Positions 23,407 through 35,334 are shown, counted from the first letter of the stretch. The stretch: 64,000 nt of DNA from Syntrophales bacterium (GCA_040767195.1 JAXGPA010000005.1:32001-96000); one strand, 5' to 3'. Numbers and translations are program-made. Notes: generated by a model not told the origin, from the letters alone.

Positions 23407-25203
23407 ATGGAGAATATAAGGAATTTCAGTATAATAGCTCATATTGACCATGGCAAGTCGACCTTGGCGGACCGGATGATCCAGATGGCCGGCCTCGTGG
23501 ATCAGCGGACCTTCAAGGACCAGATCCTGGACAACATGGACATCGAGCGGGAACGGGGCATCACCATCAAGAGCCAGGCCATTTCCCTGCCCTACCGGGC
23601 GAAGGACGGCCGGGAGTACACCCTGAACCTCATCGACACGCCGGGCCACGTGGATTTTTCCTACGAGGTGTCCCGGTCCCTGGCGTCCTGCGAGGGGGTC
23701 CTGCTCCTGGTGGACGCCGCCCAGGGCGTCCAGGCCCAGACGGTGGCCAACCTCTACATGGCCATGGAACACGACCTCGCCGTCATCCCCGTGATCAACA
23801 AGATCGACCTGCCAACGGCGGACATCGAGCGGGTCATGGAGCAGATCGACGGCGAGCTGGGCATCGACCCGTACAAGGCCATCCAGTGCTCCGCCAAGAC
23901 GGGAATCGGCATCGAGCCGATCTTCGAGGCCATCGTCGAGAAGATCCCGCCGCCCCGGGGCGACGCCGGCCTTCCCCTTTCGGCCCTCATCTTCGACGCC
24001 AAGTACGACCCCTTCCGGGGGACCATCGTCCACGTCCGGGTTTTCGACGGCCGGGTCCAGGGAGGTGACCTGATTCGGTTCATGCACAACGGAACGGTGT
24101 ACCGGGTCGAGGAGGTGGGCCAGTTCCTCCTGTCCCGGAGCCGCCGGGAAAGCCTCGAGGCAGGTGACGTGGGGTACATCATCGCCGGGGTGAAAACGGT
24201 GTCCGACGTCCACATCGGGGACACCGTCACCCTCGAGGAGAGACCCTGTCCCAAACCCCTCCCGGGCTTCCGGGAGGCCAAGCCCGTCGTCTTCGCCTCC
24301 ATCTATCCCATCTCGTCGGACGATTACGAGGAGCTCGTCATCGCCCTGGAAAAATACAAGCTCAACGACGCTTCCCTGGTGTACCAGAAGGATTCCTCGG
24401 TGGCCCTGGGGCAGGGCTTCCGGTGCGGCTTCCTGGGGCTTCTTCACCTGGACATCGTCCAGGAGCGCCTGGAGCGGGAGTTCGACCAGTCCATCATCCT
24501 GTCCGTGCCCAGCGTCCGGTACCGGTTCACCCTGAAATCGGGGCAGATCCTGGACATCGACAACCCGTCCCTCTATCCCGACCCCGGGCAGATAGAGAAG
24601 ACCGAGGAGCCTTACATCCGGGCGACCCTGATGTTCCCTGAAAAATATCTGGGGACAGTCATGAAGCTCTGCCTGGAAAAACGGGGTGTCAATTCCCGGA
24701 TTCACTATCCGAGCCCGGGCCGGACGGAGCTTTTCGTCGAAATGCCCCTGGCCGAGGTCATCTTCGATTTCTACGACCGCCTCAAGACGCTCACCCAGGG
24801 GTACGGGTCCTTCGACTACGAGCTCATCGACTACCGTCAAAGCGACCTTGTCCTTCTCGACATCCTCGTGAACGGGGAGAAGGTGGACGCCCTGTCCCAG
24901 ATTGTGCACCGGGAACGGGCCCGGCAGCGGGGGCTCCACGCCTGCGAAAGGCTGAAGGACGAGATACCGAGGCAGATGTTCAAGATCGCCATCCAGGGGG
25001 CCATCGGGGGACAGATCGTCTCCCGGACCACCATCTCCCCCTTCCGGAAGGACGTGACGGCCAAGTGTTACGGCGGGGACATCACCCGGAAGCGGAAGCT
25101 CCTGGAAAAGCAGAAAAAAGGGAAGAAGCGGATGAAGATGGTCGGTGCCGTCTCCATTCCCCAGAGCGCCTTCATCGCCGTCCTGAAATCGGACACGGAT
25201 TGA
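23407..25203 (+). CDS. lepA: Elongation factor 4 (LepA)
   Basis: IRNFSIIAHIDHGKSTLADR, GFRCGFLGLLH, KCYGGDITRKRKLLEKQK; start set at the ATG at 23407. Confidence 0.98.
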   Translation: MENIRNFSIIAHIDHGKSTLADRMIQMAGLVDQRTFKDQILDNMDIERERGITIKSQAISLPYRAKDGREYTLNLIDTPGHVDFSYEVSRSLASCEGVLLLVDAAQGVQAQTVANLYMAMEHDLAVIPVINKIDLPTADIERVMEQIDGELGIDPYKAIQCSAKTGIGIEPIFEAIVEKIPPPRGDAGLPLSALIFDAKYDPFRGTIVHVRVFDGRVQGGDLIRFMHNGTVYRVEEVGQFLLSRSRRESLEAGDVGYIIAGVKTVSDVHIGDTVTLEERPCPKPLPGFREAKPVVFASIYPISSDDYEELVIALEKYKLNDASLVYQKDSSVALGQGFRCGFLGLLHLDIVQERLEREFDQSIILSVPSVRYRFTLKSGQILDIDNPSLYPDPGQIEKTEEPYIRATLMFPEKYLGTVMKLCLEKRGVNSRIHYPSPGRTELFVEMPLAEVIFDFYDRLKTLTQGYGSFDYELIDYRQSDLVLLDILVNGEKVDALSQIVHRERARQRGLHACERLKDEIPRQMFKIAIQGAIGGQIVSRTTISPFRKDVTAKCYGGDITRKRKLLEKQKKGKKRMKMVGAVSIPQSAFIAVLKSDTD

Positions 25204-25204
25204 C

Positions 25205-26356
25205 GTGAAAGCCCCCTTCTCCCGCCCCGGGAATCTCCCGGGGCTTTACATTCACGTTCCTTTCTGCCTTTCCAAGTGCCCCTACTGTCATTTTTTCTCC
25301 CTTTCCCCCTTCCGGTCCGAGGATGTGGAAGCGTATCTTACGGCTCTCTTCCGGGAAATGGATCTCTACCGTTCCTTCTCCTCCTCCTTCGACACGGTTT
25401 ACATGGGCGGCGGGACGCCGTCCGTCCTGACCGTTTCCCAGATGGAAAGACTTGTCGACGGTGTGAGGGGAAGATTTGTCATCGATCCGTCCGCCGAGTG
25501 GACCCTGGAAGCGAACCCCGGTGACGGCGATGTGACGTTGCTCAGAGCCTGCCAGGAGCTCGGAATCAACCGGGTCAACGTGGGCGTCCAGTCTTTTGAC
25601 GACGGCACCCTGGCCTTTCTCGGGAGAAGGCACACCGCCCGGGAAGCCGCGGGGGCCCTGGAAGCCTGCCGCCTGGCCGGTTTCGCCAACCTGGGGGTCG
25701 ATCTCATCTATGGCGTTCCCGGCCAGGAAGAGGGCGCATGGATGGAAACCCTTGAGGAGGCCCTGAAATTCGGCCCGGAACACCTGTCCTGCTACGAGCT
25801 GACCGTCGAGCCGGGGACGCCCTTCCACGTCCTGAGACAGAGAGGGGACCTGCTTCCTTTTCCCGAAGACCGGTCCTTCCGCTTTTTCATGGAAACGTCG
25901 GAATACCTGGAGAAAAAGGGATACGAGCACTACGAGGTGTCCAACTTCGCCCGGACGGCCCGCTTCCGGTCGCGCCACAACGGCAAGTACTGGAACCACA
26001 CCCCCTGCCTGGGGCTGGGGCCTTCCGCCCACTCCTTTCTCGACGGCGTCCGGTGGTGGAACGGGGAAAGCCTGGAAGATTACGTCCTCGCCCTGGGGAA
26101 GGGAAAGAAGCCCGTCGCGGCGGCGGAGCGGCTTTCCGAAGAGGACCTTCGCCTCGAGGCCCTGTTTCTCCGGTTCCGGACCCGTGACGGCGTTCACCTG
26201 GCCGAGTTCAAGACCTTCTACGGCGTGGACCTCCTGTCGGAAAAAGGGGACATCATTTCAAAGCTGGTCCATGAGGGGATTCTCCGGCGCGATGGGGATT
26301 TCCTCCGGCCCACCCGAAAGGGCCTGGCCGTGGCGGACCGCCTCGCCCTGATATGA
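25205..26356 (+). CDS. hemW: Radical SAM heme chaperone HemW (HemN-like)
   Basis: LYIHVPFCxxxCxYC, GGGTPS, YEVSNFA, HNxxYW; follows lepA. Confidence 0.88.
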   Translation: MKAPFSRPGNLPGLYIHVPFCLSKCPYCHFFSLSPFRSEDVEAYLTALFREMDLYRSFSSSFDTVYMGGGTPSVLTVSQMERLVDGVRGRFVIDPSAEWTLEANPGDGDVTLLRACQELGINRVNVGVQSFDDGTLAFLGRRHTAREAAGALEACRLAGFANLGVDLIYGVPGQEEGAWMETLEEALKFGPEHLSCYELTVEPGTPFHVLRQRGDLLPFPEDRSFRFFMETSEYLEKKGYEHYEVSNFARTARFRSRHNGKYWNHTPCLGLGPSAHSFLDGVRWWNGESLEDYVLALGKGKKPVAAAERLSEEDLRLEALFLRFRTRDGVHLAEFKTFYGVDLLSEKGDIISKLVHEGILRRDGDFLRPTRKGLAVADRLALI

Positions 26357-26482
26357 CGGGACGGACCGGCCTGGCGTCCTTTGGCGGCACCGGCGAAAAG
26401 GGGGCAACTTTTATTCCCCCGGGAGAAAAATCTGTGATAACGTGCCCCCCTGAAACCACCCTTCTCCAGTGAAGAGGGCGTC

Positions 26483-27109
26483 ATGACCCGGTACAGCCTG
26501 GCCGAAGAAATCGTCAACAGCCTCACCCATGGCATCGGAACGGTGCTGAGCATCGCCGGCCTGGCTGTTCTCGTCGTCTATGCCCTGATTTACGGCAACG
26601 CCTGGCACGTGGTCAGCTTTTCCGTTTTCGGGGGCACCCTGATTTTTCTCTACGGGACGTCGACGCTCTATCACGGTATTTCCCGGCCGGAGATCAAGAA
26701 ATGGTTCCGGAAGCTCGACCATTCGGCGATTTTTCTCCTCATCGCGGGCACCTATACGCCCTTCACACTGGTCACGCTGCGGGGGGCCTGGGGCTGGACC
26801 ATTTTCGGGATTATCTGGGGACTTGCCTTTACGGGGATCATCCTGGAGTTCACGAAGATATCCCGGCTTCGCAAACTGTCCATCGCCATTTACATCTTCA
26901 TGGGGTGGCTTTGCATCGTCGCCCTGAAGAAGATCCTGGACAGCCTGACGCCCTCCGGGTTCGCCTTTCTCCTGGCGGGCGGCCTGTTCTACACCTCCGG
27001 GGTGGTGTTCTACCTGTGGCGGAAGATCCCTTACAACCACGGCATATGGCACGTCTTCGTCCTTCTGGGAAGCACCTTTCATTATTTTTCCGTATTGACC
27101 ATGATATGA
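26483..27109 (+). CDS. Hemolysin III/PAQR-family membrane protein
   Basis: EEIVNSLTHG, STLYH, DHSAIFLLIAGTYTP, HGIWHVFV. Confidence 0.93.
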   Translation: MTRYSLAEEIVNSLTHGIGTVLSIAGLAVLVVYALIYGNAWHVVSFSVFGGTLIFLYGTSTLYHGISRPEIKKWFRKLDHSAIFLLIAGTYTPFTLVTLRGAWGWTIFGIIWGLAFTGIILEFTKISRLRKLSIAIYIFMGWLCIVALKKILDSLTPSGFAFLLAGGLFYTSGVVFYLWRKIPYNHGIWHVFVLLGSTFHYFSVLTMI

Positions 27110-27705
27110 AAAAAACCGTTTTCGACACGTCCATAATCACCGTTCCCCTGCACATCCTGTCCTCGGGGATCTTAAAAATCCTGGGCTGGCGCCGTGAAGG
27201 CCGCCTGCCCGATTTCGGGAAATTCATCCTCATCGGCGCCCCCCACACGTCGAACTGGGATTTCCCCCTCGTCCTGGCCTACGCCTTTTCCTACCGGATT
27301 AAAGTGTTCTGGCTGGGAAAGGAATCCCTCTTCCGAAACAGGGTCCTGGGGCGGCTTTTCCAGTGGTTCGGAGGGATCCCCGTGGACCGCGTGAAATCCC
27401 AGGATGCCGTTTCGCGGACCGTCGAGATCTTCAACGCCGTCGAAAAGCTCGTCCTGGTCATTTCCCCCGAGGGAACCCGGAAGAAAGTGAAGAAATGGCG
27501 GACGGGCTTCTATCACATCGCCCGGGGGGCCCGCATCCCCGTCGTCCTCGGTTTTCTCGATTACCGGCGGAAGGCCGGCGGGCTCGGCCCCGTTCTGTTT
27601 CCCTCGGGAAACCTCGGCGCCGACATGGAAAAGATCCGGGCCTTCTATGCCACGGTTACGGGAAAACGACCGGAGCTGGCGAGTCCGGCGGGGTGTCTTC
27701 CGTGA
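27106..27705 (+). CDS. PlsC-like lysophospholipid acyltransferase
   Basis: PHTSNWD (HxxxxD), GGIPVDR, SPEGTR; ATGA overlap with the upstream gene. Confidence 0.9.
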   Translation: MKKTVFDTSIITVPLHILSSGILKILGWRREGRLPDFGKFILIGAPHTSNWDFPLVLAYAFSYRIKVFWLGKESLFRNRVLGRLFQWFGGIPVDRVKSQDAVSRTVEIFNAVEKLVLVISPEGTRKKVKKWRTGFYHIARGARIPVVLGFLDYRRKAGGLGPVLFPSGNLGADMEKIRAFYATVTGKRPELASPAGCLP

Positions 27706-27721
27706 CGTGTCCGCACCCGGG

Positions 27722-28441
27722 CTAGATGCGGGCGAGGAAGCTTTTCGTCCGGTGATGCTGCGGGTTGGAGAAGAGTTCCGCGGGGGTGTTTTCCTCGACG
27801 ATGAGTCCCTCGTCCATGAAGATGACCCGGTCGGCGACCTCCCGGGCGAAGTTCATCTCGTGGGTCACCACGATCATGGTCATGCCCTCCCGGGCGAGGT
27901 CCTTCATGACATCGAGGACTTCACCGATGAGCTCGGGGTCCAGGGCGCTCGTCGGTTCGTCAAAGAGGATGCATTTCGGTTTCAGGGCCAGCGAACGGGC
28001 GATGGCCACCCGCTGCTTCTGACCGCCGCTGATGTTGTCGGGATAGACGTGGGCCTTGTCCTTGAGCCCCACCTTCTCGAGGAGATCCATGCCCAGTTTT
28101 TCCGCGTCCTTTTTCTCCATTTTCCTGACCTTGAGAGGGCCGAGGGTCACGTTGCGGAGCACCGTCATGTGGGGGAAGAGGTTGAAAAGCTGGAAGACCA
28201 TGCCCGTTTCCGCCCGGACGTAGTTGAGGTCGGTGTGCTTGTCGGTGACGTCGAAGCCGTCCACGACGACCGTGCCGGAGGTGATTTCCTCCAGGACGTT
28301 GATGCACCGCAGAAGGGTGCTTTTCCCCGAGCCGCTCGGTCCGATGATGACGACGACCTCCCCCGGCTTGACGTGGAGGTTGACGCCCCTGAGGACTTCC
28401 AGGCTCCCGAAATTTTTCCTGAGGCTCGTTATCCGGATCAT
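27722..28441 (-). CDS. glnQ: Polar amino acid ABC transporter ATP-binding protein
   Basis: [38 protein letters not shown]. Confidence 0.9.
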   Translation of the reverse strand: MIRITSLRKNFGSLEVLRGVNLHVKPGEVVVIIGPSGSGKSTLLRCINVLEEITSGTVVVDGFDVTDKHTDLNYVRAETGMVFQLFNLFPHMTVLRNVTLGPLKVRKMEKKDAEKLGMDLLEKVGLKDKAHVYPDNISGGQKQRVAIARSLALKPKCILFDEPTSALDPELIGEVLDVMKDLAREGMTMIVVTHEMNFAREVADRVIFMDEGLIVEENTPAELFSNPQHHRTKSFLARI

Positions 28442-29109
28442 TTGATAATATTCAGTCTTCTCTCGAAATATTGCAGAAGCTTGGCGATACTCATGGTCAG
28501 GACGAAGTACATGATCGCCACGGTGAGCCAGACCTCGAAAGCCCGGAAATTCGTGGCGATGATTTCCTGGCCCTGGCGGGTCAGTTCCCCCACGCCGATG
28601 ACGACGAGGAGAGAGGTGTCCTTCAGGCTGATGATGAACTGGTTGCCCAGGGGAGGGATCATGCGCATGAAGGCCTGGGGCCAGATGACGTAAAGCAGCG
28701 TCTGCAGGTGGGAAAGCCCGATGGACCGGCCCGCCTCCGTCTGCCCCCGGTCTATGGACTGAATGGCTCCCCGAACGATTTCGGCGATGTAGGCCCCTGA
28801 GTTCAGGCCGATGGCGATGATTCCCGCCGCCAGGGGCGGGACTCGGAAGCCGACGGCCAGGGGAAGCCCGAAATAGAGAAAGAGGACCTGCACCATGAGA
28901 GGCGTTCCGCGGATGCTTTCGATGTAGACGCCGGCGAGCCGGTTCAGGATTTTCTTTTTCGACGATTTCGCGAGGCCCGCGAGGGTTCCGAAGGTAAATC
29001 CCAGGATGAGGCCGAAGACGGTGATGAAAATGGTCAGCTTGATGCCGACGAGGAGAATGGGGACGGATTCCCAGATAACGCTGTATTTGAATTGAAACTG
29101 GCCTCCCAT
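28438..29109 (-). CDS. glnP: Polar amino acid ABC transporter permease
   Basis: [33 protein letters not shown]. Confidence 0.9.
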   Translation of the reverse strand: MGGQFQFKYSVIWESVPILLVGIKLTIFITVFGLILGFTFGTLAGLAKSSKKKILNRLAGVYIESIRGTPLMVQVLFLYFGLPLAVGFRVPPLAAGIIAIGLNSGAYIAEIVRGAIQSIDRGQTEAGRSIGLSHLQTLLYVIWPQAFMRMIPPLGNQFIISLKDTSLLVVIGVGELTRQGQEIIATNFRAFEVWLTVAIMYFVLTMSIAKLLQYFERRLNIIK

Positions 29110-29195
29110 GAGATCCTTTTTCAAGGGGGAGGCGGCGAACCCGGTGCGCCCGCCGCCTCCCCGGTTGTCTGCTGCCGTTCAGAGGGTGATGGAAA

Positions 29196-29933
29196 TTACT
29201 TGGGGTCGGAACCGAACCACTTACGGTAGATGTTCTTGTACACGTCCCCTTCCATGAATTTGAGGATGGTCACGGAAACCTTGTCCCGCAGGGGGCTGCC
29301 CTGGGGGAACGCGATCCCGTAAGGCTGACCCTGGTAGAGGGGCCCCACCGTCTTGACCTTGCCCTGTCCTTCCGTCTTGATGTAGTAGAGGATGGCCGGC
29401 GAATCGAAGATGACCGCGTCGGCCCCGCCCGCCTGGAGCTCCAGGTAGGCCCCGTCGATGTTGGGATAGAGCTTCACTTCCTTCGTCTTCAGGCTTTTCG
29501 CGAAGTCGGCGCTCGTCGTTCCCAGCTTGGTCGCCACGGTCTTGTTTCCCAAGTCTTCCACGCTCTTGATGTCTTTTTCACCGGCGCCGACCATGAGGAG
29601 GAGGCCCGACTGGTAATAGGGATAGGCGAAGTCGACCACTTCCTCCCTCTTGGATTTGATGGTCATGCCGGCGATGGCGACGTCGATGTTGCCCGTCTGG
29701 AGGGCCGGGATGAGGCCGTTGAAGTCCATGGGCAGGAGCTTGTATTTCAGGCCCAGGTCCTTGGCGATGGCGTCCCACAGATCGATGTCGAACCCGACGT
29801 ACTTGTCCCCCTGCTTGAATTCAAAGGGCATGAAATTGGTGTCGCAACCCACGATGAGTACCTTGTCCTCCGCCAGGGCCGTGCCGGTCATGACGAAAGC
29901 CACCATGATGAGTGCCGCAATCAGCTTCTTCAT
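29196..29933 (-). CDS. glnH: Glutamine-type ABC substrate-binding protein
   Basis: Signal peptide; [21 protein letters not shown]...RE as in GlnH. Confidence 0.82.
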   Translation of the reverse strand: MKKLIAALIMVAFVMTGTALAEDKVLIVGCDTNFMPFEFKQGDKYVGFDIDLWDAIAKDLGLKYKLLPMDFNGLIPALQTGNIDVAIAGMTIKSKREEVVDFAYPYYQSGLLLMVGAGEKDIKSVEDLGNKTVATKLGTTSADFAKSLKTKEVKLYPNIDGAYLELQAGGADAVIFDSPAILYYIKTEGQGKVKTVGPLYQGQPYGIAFPQGSPLRDKVSVTILKFMEGDVYKNIYRKWFGSDPK

Positions 29934-30049
29934 TCCTACCTCCCCTTGTTCTTTTTACCGCCTCCCGCGGAATGCCGAAACGCGTGGCGCCGGCCGCGGG
30001 AAACGGGAGAAAACGTCCGCTCCCCTTCGACGAAGGGGAATCCGTTTCC

Positions 30050-31123
30050 CTATTCGGGAATGTTCGGTATCTTCGTGTACAGGCCCTGGTAGTTCTTCAG
30101 GGTGTACTCGGTGTCCGTCTTGCCCATGATGTAGTAGTCGGGCATGAGGGGGATCTTGCCGATGTTCGTGGCGATGACGTACATGGGCTGGGCGAGGCCG
30201 GTGGTGAAGCCCCGGATCCCGTCCCGGATGAGCTCGGCCCCTTTTTCCACGGGCGTCCGGAAATGATCGATCCCCGGCGCCGGTTCGCAGTAGAAAACGT
30301 AGTATGGGCGAACCCGGATGGAAAGGAGTTTCTGGTGAAGCTCCCGGAAGGTTTCTACGTCGTCGTTGATGCCCTTGAGGAGGACCGCCTGGTTCCCCAC
30401 GTTGACGCCGCAGGTGAGCAGATCGTACACGGCCCGGGCTGATTTTTCCGTGATTTCCTTGGGATGGTTGAACTGGGTGTTGATCCAGATGGGGACCCGG
30501 TGATAGCCGCTCAGAATTTTTTTCAGTCCGCCGGTGATCCGGTCGGGAAGGACCACGGGGGTTCTCGTTCCGAAGCGGATCATTTCGATGTGGGGGATCT
30601 CCCTGAGGCGGTCGATGACGTAGCCGATCCTCTCGTCGGGAAGGATGAAGGGGTCTCCGCCGGTGATGAGCACATCCCGGATCTCCGAATGTTCCCGGAT
30701 CCACTGGAGGCCTTCCTCCCAGTCGAACCGAAGCTGAAGATCGCGGTCCACGACGAGTTCCTTCCTGAAGCAGTGGCGGCAGTAATTGGCGCACGTGTCG
30801 GTGACGGTGAAGGCCACCCGGTCGTGATACTGGCGGGCGATGCAGTCGGGGCGGATCTCGTCGGTGGCGCGGTTTTCCTTCCAGACGAGATAATTGGGCA
30901 TCCCAAAGCGGTTTTCCTTTTCCTTCAGGGAGGGGATCACCTGTCTCCGCACCGGGCAGGCGGGGTCGCGGGGGTCCATGAGGGAGGCGAAGTAGGGTGT
31001 CGTTCCCCACTTGGTTTTCAACGTCCCGATGGCGGCCTCTTCCTCGGGGGTGACCTCTATGAACGCCCTCAGCTTTTCCAGGGTGTTCACCATGTTCCGC
31101 AGTTCGAAGACCCATGTCTCCAT
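30050..31123 (-). CDS. KamA-family PLP/radical SAM 2,3-aminomutase, substrate uncertain
   Basis: TPYFASL, CANYCRHCFR, ITGGDP, RFGTR, TQFNHP, NQAVLLKGIND, HFRT, GKIP; AAAGGAG RBS. Confidence 0.9.
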   Translation of the reverse strand: METWVFELRNMVNTLEKLRAFIEVTPEEEAAIGTLKTKWGTTPYFASLMDPRDPACPVRRQVIPSLKEKENRFGMPNYLVWKENRATDEIRPDCIARQYHDRVAFTVTDTCANYCRHCFRKELVVDRDLQLRFDWEEGLQWIREHSEIRDVLITGGDPFILPDERIGYVIDRLREIPHIEMIRFGTRTPVVLPDRITGGLKKILSGYHRVPIWINTQFNHPKEITEKSARAVYDLLTCGVNVGNQAVLLKGINDDVETFRELHQKLLSIRVRPYYVFYCEPAPGIDHFRTPVEKGAELIRDGIRGFTTGLAQPMYVIATNIGKIPLMPDYYIMGKTDTEYTLKNYQGLYTKIPNIPE

Positions 31124-31328
31124 GACGCTTCTCCTTTGAAGCCCTCTGTTCTCGATTCGACAGGTTTTGACGGGCGTCTCGGTTAAATATCCCTTTGGGT
31201 TCCGATATGTCAAGCGAATTGTCGGGACGGGGCGGGAACCCGCAGGGCCGTCCCCAGCCGCGGCGGGATCAAGCCTTTTACCGGCTCCTTCCGTTCCGGC
31301 GGGGCGATAACGTCACGGGCGTTTCCTT

Positions 31329-31369
31329 AAAAAAAGCGACGGGGGCGGGCTCTCGCCCATCCCGGCCCG

Positions 31370-31373
<4 letters not shown>
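31329..31373 (-). terminator. Intrinsic terminator of typA
   Basis: Minus-strand GC stem followed by a T7 run. Confidence 0.55.
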
Positions 31374-33181
<1,808 letters not shown>

Positions 33182-33415
33182 TCGCTTCAGTGCTCCTTTT
33201 TTCAGAAACGGGTTCAAGGACCCGATTCCGGAGAGGCGCCTTTTATCATAAATTCCGGCTCATGGGTAAAATTTCCGTGACCTGTTCGTGGATTCCCAGG
33301 AAATTTGAAGAGGAAACGCAGCCGATTTTCCAGATAAGCCTATTCTCCCTTCCCCGAGACCGGGGGATCGGAATACGGCCCGCATTAAATGAATGTCACA
33401 GGGAATTGTTGTTTC

Positions 33416-33444
33416 TTGACATATTGACGAAGTTACATTAATTT
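33416..33444 (+). promoter_or_regulatory. Sigma70-type promoter for the small peptide gene
   Basis: TTGACA-N17-TAATTT. Confidence 0.6.
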
Positions 33445-33501
33445 TTGAACATTCTGGGAGACGAAAGGCCTTTTTTAAAAGTTTCCACGAAGGAGTGGGT
33501 C

Positions 33502-33627
33502 ATGAAAGAACGGCGTAAGGAAAAAGAAGAAACAAAAAAAAGTTACGAGAAGCCCGCACTGACGCGACGGGGAAAACTCACCGATGTGGGGGTTGCTACG
33601 TCGAAAGACCTCTTACCGGATGAGTGA
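33502..33627 (+). CDS. 41-aa RiPP precursor-like peptide with lasso-type leader motif
   Basis: AAGGAG RBS; MKERRKEKEETKKSYEKPALTRRGKLTDVGVATSKDLLPDE contains YxxPxLxxxG. Confidence 0.7.
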   Translation: MKERRKEKEETKKSYEKPALTRRGKLTDVGVATSKDLLPDE

Positions 33628-33841
33628 TAAATAACTCGGCCCCGTGATATTCTAGGATTCCTGAAAGGGGTTTAAAATTCCGTCACCGAACGGGTGTTCC
33701 GGGAGGCTCTCCCCTGGTTTTTTTGGGCAGCGCCGGTTTTGTTGTCCGGGAAAAAACCCCGCCGGGTACAAATATTTTACCGGAAAGACGGTAAATAAAA
33801 GTAATTTTCCGGGCGCGGAAGCGCTGTTTTATACAAGGCGG

Positions 33842-33871
33842 GAGGCCCCTGGAAACAGGGGCCTCTTTTTT
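33842..33871 (+). terminator. Intrinsic terminator
   Basis: gaggcccctg-gaaa-caggggcctc-tttttt. Confidence 0.85.
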
Positions 33872-33921
33872 CGATGGTGAATGTACAAGGGGTCTCTTTA
33901 GTCCAAGAGGCGCGAGATGCG

Positions 33922-34971
33922 ATGTCGGAGGGCGTAAAAACGGGTTTCCCGGCCACATCGACGCAACGACAGATGCCTTCCCATCGCGCCGTCATTTTCA
34001 TCGACCGGGCCTACTGGGCGCCGGCCGTTCTCGTCAGGGCCGCGATAGCGGCCCTGGATGCCCGCCAGGATGCGCGGCTCGCCGCCATATGCCTGACCAG
34101 ACCCCAGAACTTCCCAAGAATGCTCTTTCGCCACGGCGTGCGCAGGGCGATCCTGGGTATCGGGACCCTCTTCAAAACGGCCGTGAGGATTCGCCACGAC
34201 CTTCCCGTGCCCGTCGACCTGAACCGCTGTGCCCGGCGGAACCGGTTCAGGATACTCCTTCCCCCGGCAGGCGACGTGAATCACCCGGAGTTCGTTAACT
34301 CGCTTCGTAAAGAGGTTCGTCCCACGATCGGCCTGTCATTTTACTGCTCCCGGAAATTCGGCCCCGATCTTCTCGCCGTTCTGGGCTGCGCCGTCAATTA
34401 TCATAACGGTCTTCTGCCGGGTTACCGGGGGCTGGCGGCGACGTCCTGGTCGGTCTACGAGGGGAAGGGGGAAACAGGGTTCACGTTTCACCGAATGAAC
34501 GAGAATATCGACGAAGGCCCCATTCTGTTTCAGGGAACGGTGCCCGTCAACCCCGATTCCAACATCTACGATCTTGAATTGGAAAAGGCGATCGTCGCGG
34601 CCCGGTCAATTCCGCACCTCTTAGACGCCATCGTGAGGGGGGATCCCGGTGTTCCGCAGGAAGGCAACGCCCGGTACTTCTCCAGCAAGGATGTCCTGGC
34701 TGTCACGAGAATTTCCTCCCCTTCGCTCCTTTCCAGCCTCGAGCTTGCGAAAAGGCTCAGGGCCTTCGGGTCCCTGGAACTGAGAATCGCGGGAAAGTGG
34801 CAGAGGGTGACCGGAGTCAGGGAGGTCCAAGGGGATTGCGGTGGTCATTCCCCGCTCCGTTTCCGGACCTGTGACGGGGTCCTCATGGAAGCGGTGGGGT
34901 TCATGCAGCTTCCCTGGGCGGTGTATCGGCCCGTCAAATGGATCAGGGATCGTTATCGACGGAGTTGGTGA
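33922..34971 (+). CDS. Formyltransferase-family protein (Fmt-like N-domain)
   Basis: VNYHNGLLPGYRG, TGFTFHRM...IDEGPIL (Asn/His/Asp catalytic pattern); start uncertain (33874, 33922 or 33973). Confidence 0.85.
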   Translation: MSEGVKTGFPATSTQRQMPSHRAVIFIDRAYWAPAVLVRAAIAALDARQDARLAAICLTRPQNFPRMLFRHGVRRAILGIGTLFKTAVRIRHDLPVPVDLNRCARRNRFRILLPPAGDVNHPEFVNSLRKEVRPTIGLSFYCSRKFGPDLLAVLGCAVNYHNGLLPGYRGLAATSWSVYEGKGETGFTFHRMNENIDEGPILFQGTVPVNPDSNIYDLELEKAIVAARSIPHLLDAIVRGDPGVPQEGNARYFSSKDVLAVTRISSPSLLSSLELAKRLRAFGSLELRIAGKWQRVTGVREVQGDCGGHSPLRFRTCDGVLMEAVGFMQLPWAVYRPVKWIRDRYRRSW

Positions 34972-35304
34972 TTCCCGTCCCCCGCCGCTGCGGGCAGGGG
35001 GACAGGAATACCGGGTCAACATCCCCCCGCGGAGCCGCTGCAATGGAACCTGCCTAAAAGCCTATAAGATTTTCCGGCAAGCGCCCGTTTCGTAAAACCT
35101 CTCGGGCCGTGGCGCCTATTCTGCCGCTTTTACAACAGGTTTTCTCTTTCGTGCCGTCTTCAGGCCTGTTTTTCCCTCTCAGCGCCTGTAAATTTATACG
35201 CTTCTGTCATTGTCGTGGGGGAGGCAACGGGAAAACGGATCCCGGCAGGTTCCGGGCCGCCCCCGTACCGGCTCGAACGGGCCGGCTGGACCGTCAGATA
35301 TTCT

Positions 35305-35334
35305 TTGACACGCAAAAATTCCCTGTATTATACT
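35305..35334 (+). promoter_or_regulatory. Sigma70-type promoter of the sulfatase operon
   Basis: TTGACA-N18-TATACT. Confidence 0.55.

Noticed and set aside
30021..30039. Palindrome TCCCCTTCG-A-CGAAGGGGA between the aminomutase gene and glnH
   Set aside because: Single copy with no U-tract; cannot distinguish operator from RNA stem
33773..33840. Second GEMM riboswitch (ACCG-GAAA-GACGGT resemblance)
   Set aside because: Lacks the GGCAAA, GACGCAAAGC and terminal TGCC elements
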